Below are positions 11,324-20,300 of a stretch of 54,339 bases of DNA, in pieces. The translations under genes were made by a program, and so were the position numbers. Below the pieces are notes generated by a model. It saw only the letters and a list, made by a program, of their open reading frames with translations. It did not search any database and was not told the origin of the DNA. The DNA is from an uncultured Candidatus Poseidoniales archaeon (GTDB lineage: Archaea; Thermoplasmatota; Poseidoniia; Poseidoniales; Thalassarchaeaceae), in NCBI GenBank assembly GCA_964414525.1, contig CAYPWN010000003.1:1-54339 (forward strand). The letters are read 5' to 3'. The stretch's first letter is position 1; every line of letters starts with the position of its first letter.

Positions 11324-13486
11324 TCAAGCGAATGAGTAGTGGTCCATTCTGGGGCTGAATAGTTGCCCGCTGGTTAGCATCCTAGAAATTACCTTGTCTA
11401 CCTCTATCTCGGAAATGCTTCTCTTCATTGCTAGGTTGTAGATCTGAGTCTTCTCCGCTATTCCACCATACTCAGAGCAGACATCCCTAATCATTTGCAT
11501 GATTGCGGTGTTATTCGATCGAGCCCTAACCGACACGCCGGAGTGAAGTTCTGACTCGTCTTCTATTCCTGACTCTTCTCGCCAGTGCTTGAATACGGCT
11601 AGTGCTATCTTCGCATCATCAGAAGTAGCGATCTCCCTGAGGTGCATCCTAGCATGAGCCTCTGTCAATCGGATTAGCGCTTCTAGCGCCCTCGCGGTAA
11701 TGGGTATTACCGACTCCCTATCCCTTTGGTCAGACTGGAACTGGTCCTCCCTTCCGAAGGATTGTCTTTCCTCAGTGTAGTACTTCAGAATCTCGCTCTT
11801 GGCGTCTTCGTCCAGCTGTGGGTGGATGGTCCTCTTCGCATACGCAATGTACTTCCTAAGGAACTCCTGGGTAAGGTGCTCCTGTCCATCCTTAGAAGTA
11901 GTCAGAGGAGATTCCTCCTCAAATTCCGAGGGGCTCAACTCAATCCTCCCCTCCAAAAGGGTCTCACTCCTTCCAGAAGTCCTATTCTCCAAGATGTGTC
12001 TGGCTATCCTCTCGTCATCGTGGACTCTGATCTCATCCCTTATCATCCAAATTATATCGAATCTTGATGCCAGTGGCGGAGGGAGCCCGGTCTCTTGGAA
12101 TGAACGCATCACGCTCTGGTTCGGCCCCCTCTTACTGAAGCGTCCGTCCTTTGGATTCGCTGCCGCTAGTATTGCGCATCTAGAGTGCAGGGTTGCGGTT
12201 ATTCCGCCCTTCGCGACATGTACCTGTTGCTGCTCCATTGCTGGGTGCATCATTCTCCGGTCTTCCTCCGATATCTTGTCGAACTCGTCAATAGCCGCCA
12301 AGCCTCTGTCCGAGAGGGGGAGGACGCCTGCCTCCAGAGCGAACCTGCCGTCTCCGAATGCATCTCTGACAGCTGCTGCAGTTAGGCCTGCTCCAGAAAC
12401 CCCCCCGCCCGTGGCGAATCTCCCTCTTGGGGATAGTTCGGAAATAAATGTGAGAAGGTGTGACTTGGCAACGCCTGGATCGCCCATTAAAAGGATGTGA
12501 ATGTCGCCCCTTGATCTGGTCTTGTCGTTGAGCCTTCGAGAGACGCCCCCGAAAAGCTGGAGTGCTAGTGATCTCTTGACGTACCCTAGGATTCCTGTTG
12601 CGAATATGGAAGGGGCAATCGACCTCTGCACCAGCATCATCAAATCTTCTCGTTTGGATATATCTTCAATCCTAGCACTGTCGTCCTCGTCGATTGAAAT
12701 CTCGGTGAATGGGGTGCTCTCGTGCTCTGAGCTTATCATGTGAAAGATTACGTCGAACATGGGAGTCTTCTTTCTATTCCTAACTTCGCTTCTAACTACG
12801 GGTATCACGTTTGCAGTTATTCTCTCCCCTGGCAAGTGCTTGTTGACCTGATCTCCCTCGATTAGGACCATGCCTCTCCTGGGTTGAGCTCCGCTTGGAA
12901 CGTTCTCAGGCTGTTCCTGAATCTCTATCCACTGGTTGTTGACCATCCTTGAGCTGATTAGGACCAAGTCAAACCTAGTAGCGGGCTTAGAGCTGCCACA
13001 ACCCCCTAAGGCCTGAGGGCAATTGAGAGGCTCTTTCAGCTCCCTCTCGTTCTCTTGGTCTATCTCTATGTCGTGGCCACAGGACTCACACTTGAATACG
13101 GCCCTGTGGATCCTAGGCTTGATCTCAGATATTTTGGTTACAATAACATCTACACTGCGAAGTTTGTCTATATCTGTGCTGCCTATTTCTCTCAGAGGCT
13201 TGCGAGTGTCGCTGGGAAGTTCGCCCACCCTGAGTAGGGCGTCGATTTCCTCCCCTCTCTCCCTGCAAATCTCCATGAGCGTCTTTGAACCAGCAGAGAG
13301 TATTGTCTTTGGATACTCCAGAATATCCTCTGCGAAGTCTGGGTCGAAAGTCTGAAGCTCGTGGAAAGGCACTGATAAGAATGGAAAATTCGACTGCCGG
13401 GAAAGGAGTGTCATCACATCAGATTCCTTGGCCTCCTCAAGGAAAGTTCTCCATCTAGCAGAAGAGTCATGTGCTGCCATTGCCAT
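11324..13486 (-). CDS. mcm: Replicative DNA helicase MCM
   Basis: Zn finger CESC..CPQALGGC, Walker A GDPGVAKS, GLTAAA, Walker B IDEFDK, AAANP..GRF, SRFD, ITARALEALIRL.EA.A, C-terminal wHTH. ATG 13486 follows a GGTGGTGA Shine-Dalgarno. Confidence 0.97.
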   Translation of the reverse strand: MAMAAHDSSARWRTFLEEAKESDVMTLLSRQSNFPFLSVPFHELQTFDPDFAEDILEYPKTILSAGSKTLMEICRERGEEIDALLRVGELPSDTRKPLREIGSTDIDKLRSVDVIVTKISEIKPRIHRAVFKCESCGHDIEIDQENERELKEPLNCPQALGGCGSSKPATRFDLVLISSRMVNNQWIEIQEQPENVPSGAQPRRGMVLIEGDQVNKHLPGERITANVIPVVRSEVRNRKKTPMFDVIFHMISSEHESTPFTEISIDEDDSARIEDISKREDLMMLVQRSIAPSIFATGILGYVKRSLALQLFGGVSRRLNDKTRSRGDIHILLMGDPGVAKSHLLTFISELSPRGRFATGGGVSGAGLTAAAVRDAFGDGRFALEAGVLPLSDRGLAAIDEFDKISEEDRRMMHPAMEQQQVHVAKGGITATLHSRCAILAAANPKDGRFSKRGPNQSVMRSFQETGLPPPLASRFDIIWMIRDEIRVHDDERIARHILENRTSGRSETLLEGRIELSPSEFEEESPLTTSKDGQEHLTQEFLRKYIAYAKRTIHPQLDEDAKSEILKYYTEERQSFGREDQFQSDQRDRESVIPITARALEALIRLTEAHARMHLREIATSDDAKIALAVFKHWREESGIEDESELHSGVSVRARSNNTAIMQMIRDVCSEYGGIAEKTQIYNLAMKRSISEIEVDKVISRMLTSGQLFSPRMDHYSFA

Positions 13487-13553
13487 GAGTTTCACCACCG
13501 GGCTTTGCTACTCTGAAGACACGGCCTATGAACAGTATGGTCCTCAAATCCAA

Positions 13554-13625
13554 CCCCTTTGCTTCCAGTGGAGAATTGTTGTACTTGCGGGTGGTCAATC
13601 TATGCTCCTTGTTCTTCTACTGGAC
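13554..13625 (-). promoter_or_regulatory. Two ORB-like (Orc1/Cdc6 recognition box) elements upstream of mcm
   Basis: Minus strand TCTCCACTGGAAGCAAAGGGG (13554-13574) and GTCCAGTAGAAGAACAAGGAG (13605-13625) resemble the TCCA..GGAAA...AGGGG ORB consensus. Confidence 0.55.
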
Positions 13626-13690
13626 TTCGTTTTCTAACCTGTCCGAGTGTGACTATTGGATGGTGAGATTGAAGTCGTAGACACAAATCC

Positions 13691-14134
13691 GTGGTTGTGG
13701 ATCACAGGCGGATAGGCAGGGACGTCTTCGTTAGACTAGACAAGGGGGAGGAGTTGCATGAGTCAATCAGGAGTCTAAGCGAGTATGGCATTTCTGTGGC
13801 AGCCCTGACCAGCGGAATTGGTCGAATCAGGAGCACTGTGATGGGTTACTTGGGGTCAGATGGAGTATACCAGAAGGTCACGATAGAGGAGCCTATGGAA
13901 CTGATCTCGATGCAAGGCAACCTAGCTCCGGGCCCAGACGGTCCGTTCACTCACATTCACATCGTAGCCTCTGACGACGACCATGTTGTCAGAGGAGGCC
14001 ATCTCTTCGAAGCAAAAGTAGAGGTTACTGCTGAGATCCACATGAGGGTTCTAGGTGACGATGAAGCCCCGATGAGTAGGGAGGCCACAAAAACGGAGTT
14101 CCTGAGGATTTCATTCTGCGAACTGGGGGGATAG
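13691..14134 (+). CDS. PPC/DUF296 domain protein (AF0104-like)
   Basis: RLDKGEEL, SGIG, EL.S..GN, F.HIH....D.......GGHL....V.VTAEI. Confidence 0.9.
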   Translation: MVVDHRRIGRDVFVRLDKGEELHESIRSLSEYGISVAALTSGIGRIRSTVMGYLGSDGVYQKVTIEEPMELISMQGNLAPGPDGPFTHIHIVASDDDHVVRGGHLFEAKVEVTAEIHMRVLGDDEAPMSREATKTEFLRISFCELGG

Positions 14135-14136
14135 GC

Positions 14137-14736
14137 CTGCGAGTTCTCTTCGCTCATGGGTTCGAGGGGAGTCCGGAAGGGTCCAAGCCGACATACATGA
14201 GGGAGGCTTTGGGCTGGGATGTTACTGCCCCCGAGATGCCCCTACTAGGATGGAGTATTGCCAAGCAGACCGATCATCTGTTGATGTACATCGACAAAGG
14301 GCAATACGATCTAGTTGCAGGCTCTTCAATGGGTGGTCTTGCGGCAGCCAACGCCTCCTCTTTGAGGCCCAATGCAGAGTTCAGATTACTCCTAATTGCT
14401 CCTGCATTCGGGCTTGCGGATCACTGGGACGGGATGGAAGACTCCGGTAGGAGGGCTTGGAAACTAACCAATCAAAGGAGGTACAAGGGATTCAAGCACG
14501 ACATAATGCTTCCATGGGAGTTCATGGAGTCTGCAGAGGAGATGTCCTGGCCAATACCGAAGCATAAAACGACCATAATTCATGGTATTCACGACGAAAT
14601 AGTGCCAATTAGGTGCTCTAGGAAGATTGCAGAAATGTGCGATTTCGTAGAGCTGGTCGAAATTGACGACCATCATAGGATGAAGAAGTCCCTCGAAATG
14701 CTTCCAAGTGTGGTAAGTGGACTAATGTCTCGTTGA
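14137..14736 (+). CDS. YqiA/YcfP (UPF0227)-family alpha/beta hydrolase/esterase
   Basis: GSSMGG nucleophile elbow, LLIAPA, IIHG.HDEIVP, DDHH. The oxyanion motif HGFEGSP.GSK lies upstream of the first ATG (14197), implying a non-canonical start near CTG 14137. Confidence 0.85.
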   Translation: MRVLFAHGFEGSPEGSKPTYMREALGWDVTAPEMPLLGWSIAKQTDHLLMYIDKGQYDLVAGSSMGGLAAANASSLRPNAEFRLLLIAPAFGLADHWDGMEDSGRRAWKLTNQRRYKGFKHDIMLPWEFMESAEEMSWPIPKHKTTIIHGIHDEIVPIRCSRKIAEMCDFVELVEIDDHHRMKKSLEMLPSVVSGLMSR

Positions 14737-14817
14737 TGAAGCAAAGGATATTTTGCAGCAGGGAGTATCTGCTGGCATTGGGATAAACTTGAGGTACCCA
14801 ATAAGCTATCACGGTTA

Positions 14818-15873
14818 GTGAGTGGTGACGGAGGTCAGGAGAGTCCTGCTGAGGCCAAAAAGGAAATTGAGGAAATCAAGGCCCAGATGAAGAGATTGGA
14901 GGCCGAAATAGCTCAGAAGGAGAGCGCTCTAAGTGAGCCGAATGAAGATCCCGTTCCCGAACAGGAAGAGGGGTCGGTCGAAGAAGAGGAAGAGAAGCAG
15001 CGCGTGGAGGGAGAGGCGAAGGACGCTCTTCGTAGGGCAGAAGCCAAAGTAGTTGAAGCAAAGGTCGAGGCGGAGGATGCTATTCGTAAGGCGGAAATCG
15101 AAGAAGAGGAGGCAGAGGAAGCGCGTGTTATAGCCGAGATCGAGGAGGATGAGGCGAGAGAGGCCAAAGCAGAGGCCGAACTGGCTAAGAGGAAGCTGGA
15201 CGAGGCGGTCCGAAAAGTCGAGGAGGCAGGGAAAGACATCGAGCAATTCACTGCTGATGCAGAGAAGAACAAGAGAGAGGAGGCTATTGTCGAAAGGGTC
15301 GGCCAAAGATCAGATACGATAGATTGGTCGCATATTGGTAAATCGGAAGGTCGGAGTCCGGATGACCTGACAAGGATAAATGGGATTGACGACTTTACGC
15401 AGAGAAAGCTCAATGCCTTGGGAATCTCCACTTTCGAGCAGCTTTCCAAGATTGATTCGAAGATCACAGAGGTAGTAAATGACGCTTTGGAGTTCGTTCC
15501 TGGAAGAGTTGCAGAGTTGGAGTGGACAAAGCAGGCAATAACCATGATCGGCTTGGAAGGGGTAGATACTAGTTCCCAAAGCCAGGAAGCACTAGAGGAC
15601 ACTGGCATGGCCGACCTGAGTGCCGCCAAAATTAACTGGGCCCAGATAGGGAAGGCTGGAGACAGGAAGTCGGATCAACTTACCCAGATCAAGGGAATTG
15701 ATCGGGATATAGAGAAGAAGCTGAAGGTTCTGGGAATCAGAACACTCGAACAAATATCAAAGATGGACAAGGACACGTCAGAGGCAGTTAACGGCGCTCT
15801 GGGTTTGATGCAGGGAAGAGTCACTAAGATGATGTGGGCCCAGCAGGCAATGTCTCTAATCGAGCAGGGCTAG
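14818..15873 (+). CDS. Acidic coiled-coil protein with two C-terminal COG3743-like domains (paralogue of 5391-6962)
   Basis: Glu-rich helix followed by two copies of I.W..IG......D.LT.I.GID.....KL..LGI.T.EQ.SK.D......VN.AL....GRV....W..QA. Confidence 0.8.
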   Translation: MSGDGGQESPAEAKKEIEEIKAQMKRLEAEIAQKESALSEPNEDPVPEQEEGSVEEEEEKQRVEGEAKDALRRAEAKVVEAKVEAEDAIRKAEIEEEEAEEARVIAEIEEDEAREAKAEAELAKRKLDEAVRKVEEAGKDIEQFTADAEKNKREEAIVERVGQRSDTIDWSHIGKSEGRSPDDLTRINGIDDFTQRKLNALGISTFEQLSKIDSKITEVVNDALEFVPGRVAELEWTKQAITMIGLEGVDTSSQSQEALEDTGMADLSAAKINWAQIGKAGDRKSDQLTQIKGIDRDIEKKLKVLGIRTLEQISKMDKDTSEAVNGALGLMQGRVTKMMWAQQAMSLIEQG

Positions 15874-16589
15874 TGACCCGTGGAGCCCAGGAAATACTCG
15901 CCTATTTCGGGGTCGGTAAGTATGTGCTGTGCATCTCCCGTGTGGACCACCTCTCCGTTGGCCATGATGTAACCCCTGTCTGATCTGGCCAATGACAGTC
16001 TGGCGTTCTGCTCCACGATTAGGATTGTAATTCCCTCGTCCCTAAGAGAGTCTATCCTCTCTATTATCTGCTGCTGGTACAGAGGGGAAAGTGCTGCAGT
16101 GGGCTCGTCCAAAAGGAGGAGTTTTGGATCAGAGATCAATGCACGAGAAATCGCAAGCATCTGCCTCTCTCCCCCCGATAGAGACGCGGCCAGGTCATGC
16201 TCCCGAGAGCGAAGGTCTGGGAACATCTCAAGTGACCTCTCTATCCTCTCGTTCAGGATGTTGTTTGGCAGCGTGTTACCCCCCATCTGTAGGTTCTCCT
16301 CTACGGAAAGCGAGGGAAACACATTGTCCACCTGTGGCACATAGGCGATCCCGTGGTTGACCAGTTGGTCCGTCCTCCATCCAGAGACGTCCTGTTCCAT
16401 GTACCTGATGTCCCCTGCGTAGAAGGTGGCGATCCCGAAAATTGTCTTGATCAGGGTTGACTTGCCACAGCCGTTTGGCCCGATTATTGTTACGAACTCC
16501 CCCTCGTCCACGTGCATGTCAATGCCGTACAGGATCTGTACGCTTCCGTACCCTCCCTCGAGGGATTTCACCTCCAGAACTCGTGTCAC
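15870..16589 (-). CDS. livF: Branched-chain amino acid ABC transporter ATP-binding protein (LivF-like)
   Basis: GPNGCGKST, YVPQ..NVFPSLSVEENL, LSGGERQMLA, LLLDEP, VEQNA. Confidence 0.93.
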   Translation of the reverse strand: MTRVLEVKSLEGGYGSVQILYGIDMHVDEGEFVTIIGPNGCGKSTLIKTIFGIATFYAGDIRYMEQDVSGWRTDQLVNHGIAYVPQVDNVFPSLSVEENLQMGGNTLPNNILNERIERSLEMFPDLRSREHDLAASLSGGERQMLAISRALISDPKLLLLDEPTAALSPLYQQQIIERIDSLRDEGITILIVEQNARLSLARSDRGYIMANGEVVHTGDAQHILTDPEIGEYFLGSTGH

Positions 16590-17374
16590 TCTTCCTCCCC
16601 TCCAGTGTCGCCCGAGGCTCCCAAATAGGCCTCAATGACATCCCGGTTTTCTCTAACCTCGTCTGGGGTGCCCTGCATGAGGACCTCTCCCTCGTTCATC
16701 ACGATAATCCGGTCAACTCCCTGCCTCAGAATGAAGTCCATGTTGTGCTCGATGATTAGCACTGAGATTCCTGTGTCGTCAACTATACTCCTAAGGTTAT
16801 TGAAAATCTTCATCGCGAGAGGGCCGGCGACCCCAGCAACCGGTTCATCGAGAAGTAGGAGTCTGGGGTCTCCCATCATAGACCTTCCAATGTCTACTAG
16901 TTTGCTCTGCCCCCCAGACAGCTCGCTTGTGAGGTTGTGCGCCATGTGGGGGACCTCTAGTTGGTCGAGCACCGAGTAGGCCTTGCCCAGCCTTTCCCGC
17001 TCGGCTGGCCTCGAACCGGGCTGTAGCATGGCCCTGATTCTGTCGGGCGCGAACTGGTCTCTGGGAGGGACCATGAGGTTCTCGATCACAGTCATCTGGC
17101 GCCATAGCCTAGTGTGCTGGAATGTCCTTGTCATGCCACGGTTCTGGATCTGGTCAGGACGCAGTGCCGATACGTCCGCTCCGAACATCTCTATGCTGCC
17201 GGAGGTCTGACTCAGAAGTCCACTAATGCAGTTGAATGTGGTCGACTTGCCGCATCCGTTGGGCCCTATCAGACCAACGAACTCCCCCTCTTTGACATCG
17301 AAGGAGACATCCTTGACAGCCACCAGCCCGCCGAACTCCATCCTGAGTCCACTTACTTTCAGAGCGACCGTCAT
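16586..17374 (-). CDS. livG: Branched-chain amino acid ABC transporter ATP-binding protein (LivG-like)
   Basis: FGGLVAV, GLIGPNGCGKSTTFN, RTFQ, LSGGQ, LLDEPVAG, IEHNM, V..AYLG. Confidence 0.93.
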   Translation of the reverse strand: MTVALKVSGLRMEFGGLVAVKDVSFDVKEGEFVGLIGPNGCGKSTTFNCISGLLSQTSGSIEMFGADVSALRPDQIQNRGMTRTFQHTRLWRQMTVIENLMVPPRDQFAPDRIRAMLQPGSRPAERERLGKAYSVLDQLEVPHMAHNLTSELSGGQSKLVDIGRSMMGDPRLLLLDEPVAGVAGPLAMKIFNNLRSIVDDTGISVLIIEHNMDFILRQGVDRIIVMNEGEVLMQGTPDEVRENRDVIEAYLGASGDTGGEEE

Positions 17375-20300
17375 GCTTCTTCACCTCCCGATGGCCTCTC
17401 TGGCCTGCTTGGCACCTCGGGAAGGAGCCCCTTGGGGTTGTACTTCAGGGAGAAAAGGATTAGGCATCCTATCAGGAAGACCTTGGTGTATGCCATGTCG
17501 GCCTCCAAGCCCCCGATGAACGACTCCGAGATCGACCTCTCCCCCATCATCGTCCCCGAGAACAGCATGGCTATGATACCAGCAATACCGACCTCACGAA
17601 GTCCCTTCCACCCGGCTAGGGCCCCTAATACAGCAAGTAAGGCGAATACGATCGCCACGTCATATGACTGGTTGACGAGCACGGCGAACAGCCAGTCGAT
17701 CTTTGCCGCCGTATCGTGAAGTGGCAAGTCCGCGGATCCTTGGCCAGCAACTAGGACATTGAAAACGAACTCCATTAGAACGATGATGAAGGCGCCTATC
17801 ACCATACCCCTGTTGTTTGCCGCTCCTCCGATAACGAAGGCAGCCCAGACTAGGAAAGTAGACTTCGCTGGAGACATTAAGCTGGGTTGAAATCCGGTCA
17901 ATTTCCATGCCCATAAGGCCCCAGCCAGTGCCGCTATTCCCGCGCCCAAGGCTAGGCTCGCAGCCTTGTGGGTGAGTACGTCGTGTCCGTGGTGCTGAGC
18001 AACCTCCTCGTCCTCCCTTATCGATCTTAGGATCCTGCCCCAAGGCGACTTCAGCACCGTGTCTAGAAGCAACCAGACTAGCAGCATGCACGAGATTCCC
18101 ATCACTGCTAGCAACATCATGTACGGGGCCGGTTCCCCGAGATTGAGCAGTTCCCCGACTCTCTCGCCCATGCTCCCGATACCAACGACATCGCTGCACT
18201 CGTCGGGACTGAAGGGCTGAATCAGGTCGTCAGCAGTTCCCAGCAACCCGTCTGGTCCTGGAAGCGGTTCCTTCGTTGGTACCTCTGATCCGCAGAACCA
18301 CCAGCTCTGTAGGGGTAGTTTGTACCTTGAAATGCCGATGGAGGACCCCCATGATCCTGCCCTGAGGAGAGGTTCTCCCATCAGTAGGACCCTAACTATC
18401 TCGCCAAGTGAAATTGTCACGATCGCGAAGTAGTCCATCCTCAGCCTGGCTGTGGGGTATGCGAGCATCCATCCGAAGAAGGCAGAGAGGAGGATGGCGA
18501 CCACGGTGGCCCAAAAGACCGGCCAGTCGTAGCCATGAAGGTCCTTGGGGGCTGTTAGGATGCCCACAGTGATGGCACCTACGCCGACGAAGAAAATGAC
18601 GCCGAAGTTGATCATCCCTGTTACCCCGGTATGTAGGTTCAACGAGAAGGCCATGAGTGAGAAGACGGAGAGGGTGATGAGGACGTTGGATACCTGAAGG
18701 GACTTGATGAAGCGAGCCCCCTCCTGATCAGCTACAGGTAGCCACCAAACGAACAACAGCATAGTTGTCACGAGAATGGTAAACAGGGCCCATGACCCGA
18801 ATGGGCTCTCTCTCCCGTACGGTGCTCTTTCCCGGAGCCTTTCGAGCATGGGGTGGGAATGCAGGGCTCCGCCTTCGGAAAGTGGTCGGTGCTCTGAGAA
18901 GATTGAGTCTGTCGCAGACCTAAGCTTGTCCTGGAACTTGACGATTAGCTCGTTTACCTTGTTCAATCGCTCTGTTATCTCGATCGAGGCTTTGTTCCTA
19001 GCGCTCATTATTGAGGATGAAATGTAGTCCATACCTCTTATCGCAGGATCCAGGGGATCCTCCTCCCTCCCCCTTAGCATGTACACGCCCTCGATGATGG
19101 CAATCAGCCAAACTAGAATCGGGACGGCGGGCCAGACCAATTCGCCAATCGTAATCAGACTCTCAACAAACCCGGTCTCGAAGTTCATCATGCTCAACCA
19201 TGAATGGTGCATGTCCGCAACCGCATCAGAAGTCCATTGCTGTGCCTCGAAAGGAGTTAGATCACTGGGCGGGCTCATCTGGTTGAGAAGATCTCCCTCG
19301 ACCAATGGGGAGTCTTCAAGCACGAAAACACCGTCAGCCCTTCCCGTTACCATCTCGAAGTTGGAAGACACTGCGGGGTTCTCTGTGCACGCATCGGAGC
19401 AGGAACCCTCCGCGAATGAGTTCCCTGCGATGAATCTTGAGACCCTGTGTACGAAGTAAGCAGCTACAGTAACTATCAGCATCGACTCTCCTCTGGAGTT
19501 CTTCCTCCTCCAGAAGTTGTGAGCCCCCAGGGCCCCCAAGGGGGATATGGCAAGAAGGCCCCCTATCTCCTTGGATGGCTCTGAGTCGCTCTCTGCCCTA
19601 CTTCGTAGCCTTTCCACCTTCCATTTCTCGAAGGCGTCGCCTATCCCCTCGGGCATTATCATCAAGATGGCAACCAAGAAGATATACGGCATTATTCCGT
19701 CAAGTGCGGTGTAGTTCGACCTTCCGAGGTCTAGCCCAATGCCGATGAGGACGGGAGAGGACAGTGTCCTGACGAATCCTACAACAAGAGCCCCTACTAT
19801 GGCGCCCTCTACAGAGCCTATTGTCCCCAGAACGATGATTGCGAAAGAGGGCAGAAGAAGGGTGAAGGCCAGCTCAGGAGTGAACCTGTAGAGCATCGCG
19901 AAGATGGCTCCGCCCAGTCCCGAAATTCCAGCTGCTAGGAAGGCACTGGTCATCTGGATTCGCTCCACGTTAATGCCGCTGCTGGCAGCCAAATCGGGGT
20001 TGTCGGCTACCGCCCTCATCCTCCTACCGAGCCTTGTCTTCCTTAGGAGGACGAGGAGCATTAGGCAGGATGAGAAAATTACCAATGGCATTGCTGCCTT
20101 GTAGTATGCGTAACCGGTCGTGAAATCGGTGGAGCAGTCGGTCATGAGCCCGTAGAACTCAGTCACCGGCTTGCTTCCCTCGTGCACAATCCTATTCCCG
20201 CCCTCGCACTCGAAACCGGTGTAGCTGCCAGCCTCAACCGTCCCGTCTTCAAGGGTGACTCCTGCCACTTCCCTGTCTCCCAGATTGATCCTGAGCTTCC

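Noticed and set aside
11324..13486. Intein in MCM
   Set aside because: Length is normal, the motifs are contiguous, and there is no C/S...HN splice signature.
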